Shown here piece by piece: positions 44,749 to 54,992 of a DNA stretch of 64,000 bases (position 1 is the stretch's first letter; each line of letters starts with the position of its first letter). The translations under genes and the position numbers were made by a program. The DNA comes from Desulfosudaceae bacterium (GTDB taxonomy: Bacteria; Desulfobacterota; Desulfobacteria; Desulfobacterales; Desulfosudaceae): the NCBI GenBank assembly GCA_963674745.2, contig CAXXDV010000001.1:928001-992000 (forward strand). Direction: 5' to 3'. The notes beneath the pieces were generated by a model. It saw only the letters and a list, made by a program, of their open reading frames with translations, did not search any database and was not told the DNA's origin.

Positions 44749-46115
44749 GGATTGGCCCCTTTTTTATCCGCCGCCGCGATGGTTTTTCGAATATCGTCAT
44801 GCATGGCCTTGGAAATGGGAAACGGTATCAGCACGACCAGGGCGACCAGGTTGCACAGGCAGGGAACCAGGGCGTAAAGAACCCTGAGCACCAGGACCAC
44901 CGTTTCGTTCTGAGGCTGGTTGGGCAGGTAACCGGCTTTCCCCAGTACCGCCAGGCCGATGCCGATACCAATGGCGGCCGCGATTTTCTTGGCAATGGAC
45001 CAGATACCGATATACTGCCCCTCCCGCCGTTCGCCGGTCACCATTTCATCATAATCGATCACATCGGCCTGAATGGCCGACGGCAGGGCCAAACTGGCGC
45101 CGAAACCAATGCCGGATAATACCACCAGCACACCGTACCAGAACGTATCACCCGGCCCCAGAAAAAATACGCCCAGGAAGGCCCCGGTGTTGACGGCCAT
45201 GGCCGCCAGCCAGGCCCATTTTTTTTCAATCCGCCGGGAAACGGCGATCCAGGGCGGCAGGAATACGACACCGGCAATAAAATACAAGGCCAGAAACAGT
45301 TCCGCGCCGGTGCTCTGCAGGACATATTCCACGTAATAGAGAATCAGGGTGGCCGGCAGATTATTGCCGATGGCGGCAATGGTATAAGAAACCAGCAGGA
45401 TCACAAAAGGCCGGTTTTTAAATATGGACAACCACTGGGTAACCGCTTTTTTTCGATTGACCGGCGGCGGATCCGGGCGCTCCCTGATGGCGGCCACGCA
45501 TATCCAGCAGCAGGCAATCACCAGTGGCGCGTAAACAACGGCTATCCAGAAGAACTTCTGCCGCTGACCGGCAGCATCATCGGCCAGATGAAACAACCAG
45601 GTAATGATGCCCGGCGAGCCGGCCGCGATGAGGGTTCCCAGAATCAAAAACCCGTCCCGCCAACTGAACAAAACGGTTCGTTCATGATAGTCATAGCTGA
45701 CTTCCGGGCCCAGGGATTCATAAGGCACGACCACGATGGTCCAGAACAGAAACAGCAGAAACAGGGTTATTCCGAACCAGGCTGAAGCGACCCCGTGGGA
45801 GGCTTCGGCCGGCGGGGTGAACAGCAAAAACAGCAGCAGGGCCAGGCACAGGGAACCGGCCGCCATGTAAGGCCGCCGACGTCCGAACCGGGTCCGGGTA
45901 TTGTCGGAAACATAGCCGATAAGGGGGTCGGTGACCGCGTCAAAAAGCCGGACGCCGAACAGCAGATACCCCACCAGGATGATATTGACGCCGACCACGT
46001 CGGTATAAAACTTGGGGATAAACACATAGACCGGAATACCGACGATGGCCAGGGACAGGGCCGGCAGGGCATAAGCCAGTTTGCGGGTCAGTGGAAGCCG
46101 GTCATGGTTTACCAT
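44745..46115 (-). CDS. GPH / MFS_2 family transporter
   Basis: DAVTDPLIGYVSD.TRTRFGRRRPY and ADVIDYDE..TGERREG. Confidence 0.92.
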   Translation of the reverse strand: MVNHDRLPLTRKLAYALPALSLAIVGIPVYVFIPKFYTDVVGVNIILVGYLLFGVRLFDAVTDPLIGYVSDNTRTRFGRRRPYMAAGSLCLALLLFLLFTPPAEASHGVASAWFGITLFLLFLFWTIVVVPYESLGPEVSYDYHERTVLFSWRDGFLILGTLIAAGSPGIITWLFHLADDAAGQRQKFFWIAVVYAPLVIACCWICVAAIRERPDPPPVNRKKAVTQWLSIFKNRPFVILLVSYTIAAIGNNLPATLILYYVEYVLQSTGAELFLALYFIAGVVFLPPWIAVSRRIEKKWAWLAAMAVNTGAFLGVFFLGPGDTFWYGVLVVLSGIGFGASLALPSAIQADVIDYDEMVTGERREGQYIGIWSIAKKIAAAIGIGIGLAVLGKAGYLPNQPQNETVVLVLRVLYALVPCLCNLVALVVLIPFPISKAMHDDIRKTIAAADKKGANP

Positions 46116-46690
46116 TAATCATTTATCCCCAGAACCTGGTCACGAAACGTTTTGTCAATGGGCCTGGACCCGATCCAAATGGAAAAAACCGCCCGGGAAA
46201 ATGCGGCGCCGGGAATTACCGTGAGGATTTTATCATTGAGTGCCAGGCGGGTTCCCTGTCCGGGGAAATAGGTCAGGGCGTAACGGTCTCCGGGCGACAC
46301 ATCCCGGTATGCGTCGGCCAGTTTTTCAATGGACGGCTCAAGCCGTTTGAGTTCTTCAGCGGTCAGGTTTTCGGCGATGGTGACCCGGGTGGCTTTGGCA
46401 AATTGTCCGGCCTTGATGGCATGAAAATATTCCAGCACCAGGTGGCGGGGCACATCTTGCAGGGCCTGCCGGTAGCCCATGTTTTCCGGCAGGTAAAAAG
46501 CGCCCACATAACCTTTAAAAACAACCATGTATCTCAGCAGGGCGGTTCCCTGAAGATCAAACCGGGTCTGATCGATTTGTACGACATCATCAAAAACCAC
46601 CCCTTCGATTTCGGCCCCGGCAACTGGCATGACAGCGAACATGATCATCAGCGGCACCAATATGCAACGGCGGATTATTCTATTCGTCAT
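46115..46690 (-). CDS. chalcone isomerase-like exported protein
   Basis: Signal peptide; FKGYVGAFYL, DVSPGDRY and FSIWIG. Confidence 0.85.
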   Translation of the reverse strand: MTNRIIRRCILVPLMIMFAVMPVAGAEIEGVVFDDVVQIDQTRFDLQGTALLRYMVVFKGYVGAFYLPENMGYRQALQDVPRHLVLEYFHAIKAGQFAKATRVTIAENLTAEELKRLEPSIEKLADAYRDVSPGDRYALTYFPGQGTRLALNDKILTVIPGAAFSRAVFSIWIGSRPIDKTFRDQVLGIND

Positions 46691-48092
46691 GATTTTCCAC
46701 TCCTGTCAACCGGCATAGTTCTTCCCACAGCTGTCGTCTCTCGTCCGAAGTCTCCCGGGTATGAGAAAAGACATGGGTGGTGTGGGGGCGGCGATTCAGC
46801 CAGAACAGGCCGGAGACCTGACCGGCTTCCGGGGCGACCGCCAGCCAGACAATGGTGTCGGCGCCCTGTTCAGGCGTCCGCAGTAACCCCCGGGTGCGGG
46901 TATAAAAGCCCGGCAGCGCTTTGGTGATCCCCGGCGTGTTGACCCATCCGGGATGCATGGCATTGACCGTTATGCCCTGGGATTTGAGCCGGTCGGCCCA
47001 GATTTCCGTTAAAATGACCATGCCCCGTTTGGCACGGGCATATGCCTTGGGGCCGTCAAACGATTCGGCTTCATAACCCAGGTCATCGGGCCGGATTTTC
47101 TGGGTATACATACCGCCTGAAGACACGTTGACGATTCGCGACGGTGCCGAAGCCCGCAATTTGGGAATCAACCGGCTGGTCAGCAGAAAAGGGCCGGCCA
47201 GGTCGGTGGCCAGGGTCTGCTCCAGACCTTCACCGGTGGTCAGGCGTTCATTGAACAGGGCGCCGGCATTATTAACGAGTACATGCAAATCCGAAACATT
47301 GTCGGTCAGGTATCGGGCGACCTGTTCATTGTCGGCCATCAGGCTCAGGTCTCCGCGGCAGGTGTCGATCTGCCGGTTGCCGGTGGTTTCGATCAACATG
47401 GCCCGGGTCTGTTCCAGCTTTTCATCAGACCGGCCGACCAGGACCAGGTGTGCCCCCAGGTCGGCAATGCGAATGGCCGCCGCCCGGCCGATACCGGAGG
47501 TGGCGCCGGTGACGGCGACGGTCTTGCCTTCCAGGGATTCAACCACGGGATGCCATTTGCGCTTTTGCCGGGCATGACCCTGGCGGGTAAAACCGAACAT
47601 GCCGCCGACAACGGTCCGGTCGATCAGGTCGTCCAGCGGCCGTTGCCGGGGCACGGGAAACGTATGGTTCAGGGCCGCAGACAACCCGTCAACCGCCTTT
47701 TGTCCGATGCGCGAAAAAATCAGGTTGAGGATTTTCTCCTTGACCGGACCCGGTCGATCCAGCTCGATAACCGCCCGGTAATCAATTCGGGTGCCCTGAC
47801 CGGCCGGGGAGAACGCTATGGTATCGGTGGCGGTGAAGCTTTTACCGGCTCCGGTCAGCACCACCTTTTCATTGGGGACAAACTCGACCATACGGTAGGT
47901 CATACGGATTTTCCCGAATCCGTAGCTCAAGACCAGATCAAAGGCGGCATTCTCTTTGACACCGCCCGGGCTGGTTCGATGTGAACTTACCACACCCGGG
48001 TCCCACTGCTCGATATTGGCAAAATCGCTCACATAGCGAAACACCTGATTGACGGGACGGGCGGTTTCTATTGTTTTTTCAAGGACGATCAT
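46680..48092 (-). CDS. SRPBCC-SDR (DHRS12-like) fusion
   Basis: N-terminal DFANIEQWDPG; TGATSGIG, VSSGGMY, YARAK and MHPGW. Confidence 0.88.
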   Translation of the reverse strand: MIVLEKTIETARPVNQVFRYVSDFANIEQWDPGVVSSHRTSPGGVKENAAFDLVLSYGFGKIRMTYRMVEFVPNEKVVLTGAGKSFTATDTIAFSPAGQGTRIDYRAVIELDRPGPVKEKILNLIFSRIGQKAVDGLSAALNHTFPVPRQRPLDDLIDRTVVGGMFGFTRQGHARQKRKWHPVVESLEGKTVAVTGATSGIGRAAAIRIADLGAHLVLVGRSDEKLEQTRAMLIETTGNRQIDTCRGDLSLMADNEQVARYLTDNVSDLHVLVNNAGALFNERLTTGEGLEQTLATDLAGPFLLTSRLIPKLRASAPSRIVNVSSGGMYTQKIRPDDLGYEAESFDGPKAYARAKRGMVILTEIWADRLKSQGITVNAMHPGWVNTPGITKALPGFYTRTRGLLRTPEQGADTIVWLAVAPEAGQVSGLFWLNRRPHTTHVFSHTRETSDERRQLWEELCRLTGVENHDE

Positions 48093-48697
48093 ATGGTGCC
48101 TCCTTCCGCTACCCTTATACAGACCTCGACAGCCATGGAAAAAATCACGTCCAGCGGAAACCGTCCGGAAAGGGACTGATCATAAAGGACTTTGGCTTCG
48201 GCCGGAAACTCCTCATCACCCGCCCAGTAGACAACGGCCACCGGGATATCGGGGGTGATCTCAAACCGGAAGGCCGCGTCTCCCATGTCGAGGGACGTGC
48301 CCCGCAGCCGCCGGCAGCGTTCACGGAATTCGTCGATATTGTTACCGAACCGGCGTGACATCAGGCGGTCGGGGATTTTGTGGGGCCCTCGAAAAAAGGC
48401 GGCCCCGCCGGGCATATCTTTTTCTGAAATCCACTGTCCGGACACGTCTGTTTGTGTTGCCCGCAGGAGATAATAAATAATAAAAAAATAAAACAAGGCG
48501 TGCGGCTCCGGTGAACCATCACCTGCGCAGGCGATCTCTTGCTCGTTGGGTCGGATGCGGCACGCCTGATTCCAGACCGGCAGGACATAACACCGGTCGG
48601 CCGGTTCGTACCGGCAATCGGGTATCCGCCCACAGACCGCCTGAGGATCCTGATCGACCAATTCCTGAAAATAGGTTTTATCGACGGCGTATGTCAT
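48089..48697 (-). CDS. DUF3786 family protein
   Basis: WISEKDMPGG..FF and WAGDEEFPA; start at MTYAVD. Confidence 0.8.
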   Translation of the reverse strand: MTYAVDKTYFQELVDQDPQAVCGRIPDCRYEPADRCYVLPVWNQACRIRPNEQEIACAGDGSPEPHALFYFFIIYYLLRATQTDVSGQWISEKDMPGGAAFFRGPHKIPDRLMSRRFGNNIDEFRERCRRLRGTSLDMGDAAFRFEITPDIPVAVVYWAGDEEFPAEAKVLYDQSLSGRFPLDVIFSMAVEVCIRVAEGGTI

Positions 48698-48749
48698 ATT
48701 TTCACAACCGATAACCACCCGGATTTTTGATCCGGACACTTTTCCTGAA

Positions 48750-49166
48750 TTATCCACTGTCCTTATTGCAATGTCCGGCCACGACATTAAGAAACCAGGG
48801 CATAAGCATAAACACGATCAAGGCACAGATATAAGCCGTTCCTGATACCGGATCCCGACGCTGCAAATAGTCTGAGAAAGACATACCTTGAACCCATAAT
48901 ACCAGCGTAAATTCGAAAGCCACTAAAATCAAAAGGGCCAGGGCACCGATCAGAAAAAGGCGGAAGGATTCTTGATGCTCAGCCCGTTTGCGGATGTACC
49001 TGGCCGAAAAGAAGACGACTCCGATCATGACCGGCATTTCGATCAGTTCGGCATATCGCTGACCGGTCATGGGAACCAGTAGCAGGGTCCGTATGATTCC
49101 CAAAACAAAACCCGCGAAAAAGACCATGGTAAAATAAATCACCGCGTTGATAATCAGCGCTTTCAT
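48750..49166 (-). CDS. hypothetical membrane protein
   Basis: Four hydrophobic segments; AELIEMP and RDPVSG. Confidence 0.8.
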   Translation of the reverse strand: MKALIINAVIYFTMVFFAGFVLGIIRTLLLVPMTGQRYAELIEMPVMIGVVFFSARYIRKRAEHQESFRLFLIGALALLILVAFEFTLVLWVQGMSFSDYLQRRDPVSGTAYICALIVFMLMPWFLNVVAGHCNKDSG

Positions 49167-49178
49167 TAAATTTTCGAA

Positions 49179-49736
49179 TCAACGGCCGTACATGGCCGTA
49201 AAACTGGCTTTGTCCAGCGTGTTGGCATTGATCATAAAACCGATCATGGCGGCGCTGGCATCAGCAGGGACCTCTATTTTTTCCGTTTTCAGCGCGAACA
49301 CCGTGAAAACATAACGATGGGGCGAATGTCCTTCGGGCGGGCAGGGGCCACCAAAGGCATGGGTGCCGAAATCGGTGCGGCCCTGAACAGCACCGCTTGG
49401 AAGCTGCTTGCCGTCCACGTTACCGGCCCCGGCCGGCAACCCGGTCGCATCCGCCGGGATATTGTAGACCAGCCAGTGCCACCAGCCCGAACCTGTCGGC
49501 GCGTCCGGGTCATACACGGTAACGGCATAGCTTCGGGTTCCTTCCGGTCCGGCCGACCATTGAAGCGCCGGTGACCGGTTCTGCCCGGTGCAGCCAAAGC
49601 CGCTGTAAACCTGTTCATCCCCCATGAAGCCGCCCGGTGCTATTGTCGGGCTGGTCAGTGTAAATTCATCGGCAAACGCCGTGAAGGATACCAGGCAAAA
49701 AACAAGCGCCATTAATACTTGTATTTTATTCAACAT
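49179..49736 (-). CDS. YbhB/YbcL family (PEBP) protein
   Basis: DPDAPTGSGWWHW, GPCPP and HRYVFTV; signal peptide; AAGGAG RBS. Confidence 0.93.
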   Translation of the reverse strand: MLNKIQVLMALVFCLVSFTAFADEFTLTSPTIAPGGFMGDEQVYSGFGCTGQNRSPALQWSAGPEGTRSYAVTVYDPDAPTGSGWWHWLVYNIPADATGLPAGAGNVDGKQLPSGAVQGRTDFGTHAFGGPCPPEGHSPHRYVFTVFALKTEKIEVPADASAAMIGFMINANTLDKASFTAMYGR

Positions 49737-50346
49737 GGTCCTCTCCTTTTTTATGGTCGAACGCCGCCCGACACATTTCTTTTGCTTCTTCAATCCAGGC
49801 GGCCCGTTGTTCCGGGGTACTGGTAACCACCACGGCGAACATTTTACGGTAAAAGGCGTGAACACCGCACAGGTCGAAAATACAGCGCCGCCAGACGGCT
49901 TCAAGCGGATCGCCGAATACCAGCTGCTCCCTGATCAGCTCCGTGTTCGAGGTATTTAAAACAACCGCCGCACGGGCCCGGAGCAACCCCACGGGAACGC
50001 CCTCACCGCTGTCGCCTTCTTCAAACCGATATGCCCGGCCGGGACGGAGGACGCGATCGATCCAGCCCTTGAGAACGGCCGGCGGCTGACCCCACCAGTT
50101 GGGATGCACGATCACGACACCATCGGCCGCGCACAGCTCGTCGCAATGGGCCCGGATCAGCGGCTCGATTTCTCCCTGCTCCGGGATCTCGCCGGCCGGC
50201 AGAATGGGGTCAAATTGTTCCGCATAAAGATCGTGAAAAACGACCTCATGACCGGCCTGTTGCAGGTCGTCCCGCACCGCACCGGCGATGGCATGGTTGA
50301 AACTGCCGGGGTCAGGATGCCCGAGAATTATAAGAATTTTCATCAT
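49726..50346 (-). CDS. NAD(P)H dehydrogenase (flavodoxin_2 family)
   Basis: GHPDPGSFN and HPNWWGQPPAVLKGWIDRV. Confidence 0.92.
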   Translation of the reverse strand: MMKILIILGHPDPGSFNHAIAGAVRDDLQQAGHEVVFHDLYAEQFDPILPAGEIPEQGEIEPLIRAHCDELCAADGVVIVHPNWWGQPPAVLKGWIDRVLRPGRAYRFEEGDSGEGVPVGLLRARAAVVLNTSNTELIREQLVFGDPLEAVWRRCIFDLCGVHAFYRKMFAVVVTSTPEQRAAWIEEAKEMCRAAFDHKKGEDHVE

Positions 50347-50524
50347 TATCCTTTAGCAGACAATTCAAGATCGTTTTTGGGTCTGTAGAGTTTTCGCATA
50401 TTGCTCTGGTCTGATAAGATGATCGGGGTTATATGACTTCTTCTATTTTTACCAAATCAGAATCGAAACACAAGCCTTATTCCGTCAGAGAATCCGCGCG
50501 GGGGAAAAGTCTCCAGAACTGCTT

Positions 50525-51805
50525 TTACGAAAACCAGTTGGCATGTTTCTCCAGCCATCCGGCAACTGTATCTTTGAGGGATTCTCTTACCAGCGGGTTC
50601 ATATAATACCTTGGGAAAAGCAGGTCATCATCCGGCGCAATCATACCTTCGGCCACGGCCTGCCGGGCCAGCCGGGTTCCGGGATAAATGCGGATGCCGC
50701 TGGTGATTTTCATGGCATCCAGATTAAGGTCTTCCGCGAATGCCAGGCTTTCGGCCAGGGTCTTTTCGTTTTCCCCGGGGCCACCCAGAAGTAGAAATCC
50801 CATTTGTTTGATATTATATTTCCGCAGCCGTGCCGCAACCGTCCGGATATCTTCCAGCGTAAACTTCTTGTTAAACATACGGAGCATCTGCAGCGAACCG
50901 CTTTCAAACCCCAGACTGACCTCGACACACCCCGCAGCCGCCATTTTTTCGGCCAGTTCCGCATCCACGTTCCGGGGATAAATAATGCAGCACCAGGCCA
51001 GATCCAGTCTTTTTTTAATGATCCCGTCGCACAAGGCTTTAGCATAGGCGGGCGGCAGGTTAAAGGTGTTATCGACAAAGAAAAACCGCGAATATCCGGC
51101 CCGTTTATAAGTCAACAGGGTATCTAAAACATGGCCGATGTTTCGTTTGCGGGTGATCCTGCCTTCTATGGCCGAGGTGGAACAATAGCTGCAGTCCATG
51201 GGGCAGCCCCGCCGGGTCTGAAAAGGGACCCAGAAATCATCCTGTCCGGATTTTTGCGGTGAAAAAAGCTGATCCTCGGGCAGGGGAATGGGAAAATCAT
51301 TGATATCCGCCGTTGTATCCCGGGGAGAAAAAGGTTCTTTTTCCGGCAGATAAAGTCCGGGGATATCGGCCGGATCCCGTTTTTGGGCAAGACGGTCCAG
51401 CAGGTTGATGAAGGCCTTTTCTCCGGGCCCGCGGATGCCCATATCCGCGCCAAGATAGGCCAGGGCCTGGGCGGGAAAAATGCTGAAACCGGCTCCGCCC
51501 AGCACAACCGTCGCCCGGGTGTGTGCTTTTACGGCCGTCACCAGGTCCTTGACCGGTTCCAGCAGAAACCGGGCCGGTTCCATGACCTGGTCATCGATAT
51601 TGCGAACCGATATACCGATAACATCGGGCGCGAATTCGTCGATGGCCCCGACCACAGCCGGTATCAATTGCTCACGATCCCGGGAATTGACCACCCTGAC
51701 CTCATACCCGGCCGCCCGGGTCGCCCGGGCAATGCAGGAAAGGCCCAGCGGCAGGACCGGCATATTGATGGTTTCGGTATTGGCTGAAACAAGCAGAACT
51801 TTCAT
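50525..51805 (-). CDS. B12-binding radical SAM protein
   Basis: PLGL and SVRNID N-domain; RGCPMDCSYC. Confidence 0.9.
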   Translation of the reverse strand: MKVLLVSANTETINMPVLPLGLSCIARATRAAGYEVRVVNSRDREQLIPAVVGAIDEFAPDVIGISVRNIDDQVMEPARFLLEPVKDLVTAVKAHTRATVVLGGAGFSIFPAQALAYLGADMGIRGPGEKAFINLLDRLAQKRDPADIPGLYLPEKEPFSPRDTTADINDFPIPLPEDQLFSPQKSGQDDFWVPFQTRRGCPMDCSYCSTSAIEGRITRKRNIGHVLDTLLTYKRAGYSRFFFVDNTFNLPPAYAKALCDGIIKKRLDLAWCCIIYPRNVDAELAEKMAAAGCVEVSLGFESGSLQMLRMFNKKFTLEDIRTVAARLRKYNIKQMGFLLLGGPGENEKTLAESLAFAEDLNLDAMKITSGIRIYPGTRLARQAVAEGMIAPDDDLLFPRYYMNPLVRESLKDTVAGWLEKHANWFS

Positions 51806-52000
51806 ATTAAAAAACCAATCTGCTCAGGCCTTCCTGTTTCGATCACGGTTATGCCTCAAAAAACATTGACAGGCATGGCCAGGCCCGTTTAGGTTATTGT
51901 ATATCTTGACATATTTCAAGTTTGCGCCTGAATAAAGATCTTTCAGTGCCTTTATCGACATTTTTGTCGAATGCAAAAACGTTAACCGTATGGGGGGGAT

Positions 52001-53140
52001 ATGCCTGACAGTAAGTACGACGTGGTTTTTACCGGTGAATTATTTGATGGTTTTGACAAGGCCGATGTTAAAGCAAATCTTGCCCGGGTGTTCCGCGTCT
52101 CTGATGAAAAAACCGAAAAGTTTTTCAGTTCGCCGCGCGTGGTATTGAAGGCAAACGTGGATCGCAAAACGGCTGACAAATATAAAGCCATTCTGGCCAA
52201 AACAGGGGCTGTTGTTTCTGTTGAGCCCCGTCAACCTGAAGGCCGGCCGACGACATCTGCCGCGAAAAAAGCCGCGCCGAAAACGCCGCCGGACAAAGCG
52301 CCCCCTGGAGATGGCGCCGTTGCTCAAACGCCGCCTGACCTGCCCCCTGCCGATGCTCAAAATGTCGGGCCGCTCTGGGGAAGAAAGGTTGAAGGCGGTG
52401 AGGCCAACCCGATGACCGCGAAAGGCGGGACGGATGCCGGTCCGTCAGGCGGATACGGCTCGCTGGAGACCGGTATTGCCGGCGACTACCAATTTACGAT
52501 CGGCGAGACCCTTTCAGAAGCCTGGCAGAAAGTCAGCGGCAATAAAATGACGGTCTTTGTTGCCATGCTCATTTACATCGGAATCATGATCGCCTTCGGC
52601 ATCGCGGCCGGCCTGTTTACGACTGTACTGACGTCTGTGGCCGGCGAGTCAGGGGCATCTCTCGGCGCGTTTCTGACGCAGTTCGCCCAGATAATCATCG
52701 CCGCCCCCCTTAACGCCGGTTTGATCATGCTGGGTGCCGGTATGGCTGTCGGCGCAAAGATGCGCGCGGGATCGGTTTTAAGCTATTATGACAGGATCGT
52801 TCCACTGGCAATCACGGTCATTCTGAGCACCATCCTGATCATGATTGGATTTATACTGCTTGTTATTCCTGGAATTTATCTGAGCGTGGCTTATATGATG
52901 GCTTTGCCCCTGGTCGTGGACAAGGGCCTGGGCCCATGGCAGGCCATGGAGGCCTCCCGAAAGGCCGTCACCCGGCGCTGGTTTGCTGCTTTCGGTCTGC
53001 TCCTGATTCTCGTTCTGCTCTACATTGCCGGCGCCATTCCAATGTTGATCGGCTTGATCTGGGTGATACCGCTGGCCTTGATCGCCGTGGGTATTCTTTA
53101 CCGAAACATCTTCGGCGTGAGTTCGATCGCGGCTGCCTGA
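52001..53140 (+). CDS. membrane protein with N-terminal soluble domain and Pro/Ala linker
   Basis: LLVIPGIYL and GPWQAMEASRKAV membrane domain. Confidence 0.8.
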   Translation: MPDSKYDVVFTGELFDGFDKADVKANLARVFRVSDEKTEKFFSSPRVVLKANVDRKTADKYKAILAKTGAVVSVEPRQPEGRPTTSAAKKAAPKTPPDKAPPGDGAVAQTPPDLPPADAQNVGPLWGRKVEGGEANPMTAKGGTDAGPSGGYGSLETGIAGDYQFTIGETLSEAWQKVSGNKMTVFVAMLIYIGIMIAFGIAAGLFTTVLTSVAGESGASLGAFLTQFAQIIIAAPLNAGLIMLGAGMAVGAKMRAGSVLSYYDRIVPLAITVILSTILIMIGFILLVIPGIYLSVAYMMALPLVVDKGLGPWQAMEASRKAVTRRWFAAFGLLLILVLLYIAGAIPMLIGLIWVIPLALIAVGILYRNIFGVSSIAAA

Positions 53141-53143
53141 TTT

Positions 53144-54301
53144 TTACATGCGGATCATCCACTGCAGGCGACCGTTTTTCTTGACAATGGCCGCTTCCGG
53201 GCAGATTTCCATGCAGCAGTAACAGCGGATGCACTTATTGTAATCATAAACAGGTGTCTGTTCATCTGCGGCCGGTTTCTGTATGGCACCGGCCGGGCAG
53301 ATCTTGTGGCATTGAAGACAGAGGGTGCAATGATCGGCCCGGGGCATGGGCCGATCGATAAACCAGTTGCGGAACCGCTTGGAGGTAACCGGCCAGCGCA
53401 CCATGTTGGACATGAAGGTGCCGCGGGAAGCTTCAAACGGTGCAACCGCCAGATCTTCGATCCGGCAGCCGACAATTTCAATTTCCTCCGGCCGGCTTAC
53501 GCCAAAGTCCCGTGAAAAACCCTGGCGCACGGTATAGGCCTTGTCCGCATCCAGACCGGCGGCGGTCACCGCCGTCCAGTCAACCGCCACCGCATCCAGG
53601 CCGGCCATGATTGCACCCATTTTTTTGGGTGTGCCCGATGTACCCGGGCCTTCGCCTTCCTGGCAGACAATGGCATCCATCAGGGTCAGCACGGTTTTGG
53701 GCGGATCAAACCCGTAAATCATGGCGCCATATAAATCGAGCAGAAAAGTAGCGAATTCTTCGGCATTGGGCAGCTTGACGTGCATTTTTGATTTTTGAAG
53801 GCCGGGAATCGAGCCGAACAGGTTTTTGACCGCACCGGTGATATACGTCAGGCCGTGGGTTTTAAACTTGGGCAGGTTGACGATCAGGTCGGCGTCGAAA
53901 AAAGCCGCGGCAATGTTCATGTTTTTAAACGCCTCGCCGTCCTGGTATTGCAGGGTCCGGGTTTTTTGGGGATCGGCCACTTCGACGCCTTCTGCGTCCA
54001 CGATCTCCTGGTATCCGGTTTTGCGGATGGTACGCTCCAGGGAATGAAAGGCAGGCGATTCGACCAGCACCGGTTTGCCCTGGTATTGTTTGATCAGCTG
54101 AATCGCGGCCCGAAAAAACTCCGGGTGGGTAATGATGGCCTTTTCCGGCGCGGACGGCATCAGCAGGTTGGGATTTACGACCACCCTTGCGTTTTTAAAC
54201 AATTCCGTATCAAAACCGATATTGACCAGGCTTTCTTCAAGCGCCTCTTTTATTTTCCGGCTGTCATAATCATTGCATTGTATCAGAGAAACACGTGTCA
54301 T
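53144..54301 (-). CDS. DUF362 protein with 2x[4Fe-4S] domain
   Basis: NLPKFKTH..TGAVKNLFG; CTLCLQC...CP and CIRCYCC...CP. Confidence 0.9.
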   Translation of the reverse strand: MTRVSLIQCNDYDSRKIKEALEESLVNIGFDTELFKNARVVVNPNLLMPSAPEKAIITHPEFFRAAIQLIKQYQGKPVLVESPAFHSLERTIRKTGYQEIVDAEGVEVADPQKTRTLQYQDGEAFKNMNIAAAFFDADLIVNLPKFKTHGLTYITGAVKNLFGSIPGLQKSKMHVKLPNAEEFATFLLDLYGAMIYGFDPPKTVLTLMDAIVCQEGEGPGTSGTPKKMGAIMAGLDAVAVDWTAVTAAGLDADKAYTVRQGFSRDFGVSRPEEIEIVGCRIEDLAVAPFEASRGTFMSNMVRWPVTSKRFRNWFIDRPMPRADHCTLCLQCHKICPAGAIQKPAADEQTPVYDYNKCIRCYCCMEICPEAAIVKKNGRLQWMIRM

Positions 54302-54381
54302 TAGCCCCCTCCTTTTGGACCAAAATTGAAACCATTATAATCATCAGTCCTCCGGACTGAATTTCAACTCAAGCATTTTAT

Positions 54382-54978
54382 TCACTGTTCTTTTTTCCGG
54401 TCACCCGCTTCCTTCAACACGACGCCTTCTCCGGGAAAAACAATCCGGTCTTGCGGCAGTGTTTTTGCAGCAACCGCCGGCCATTTGCCGGGTTGCGGGT
54501 CAGGCCCTTCCAGTGCGGCCGGACAGGGTGACCTGTCTTTCATTTTCGGCTCGCGCCGGACATCGACTTCAGGGACACCGGCACTGAACTCGATGGGAAT
54601 ATTGTTGGGGTCAAAGGTATAGATGGAATGAATAAAACCATGATCGATGACTTCGGACACCCAGAATCCGGCGGCCTCGATTTTATCTTTGAGTTCCCAC
54701 AGATCCTCGTCGCTGTCGACCCCGAAGGAAACATGATCAAACGCCAGCGGCCCGGGAAACGGCACGCCATGATCCTTGACAGGAACCGGTTTTACATCAG
54801 GCCATTCAAAAAAGGCCACCATATCGGTTTCCGACAATGCGAAAAAATAATGCCTGAAGCGCTCATTACCCAGGCCGGCCACCAGGCGCAGGCCCAGCAG
54901 GTCGCGCCAGTAACGGATGGTCATGTCCATATCATGGGTCACCAGGGCCAGGTGATTGACGCCGTTAAATGAAACCAT
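54382..54978 (-). CDS. VOC / glyoxalase family protein
   Basis: NHLAL, DHVSF and SIYTFDPNNIPIEF. Confidence 0.9.
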   Translation of the reverse strand: MVSFNGVNHLALVTHDMDMTIRYWRDLLGLRLVAGLGNERFRHYFFALSETDMVAFFEWPDVKPVPVKDHGVPFPGPLAFDHVSFGVDSDEDLWELKDKIEAAGFWVSEVIDHGFIHSIYTFDPNNIPIEFSAGVPEVDVRREPKMKDRSPCPAALEGPDPQPGKWPAVAAKTLPQDRIVFPGEGVVLKEAGDRKKEQ

Positions 54979-54992
54979 ATCGCTTTCCCCGT

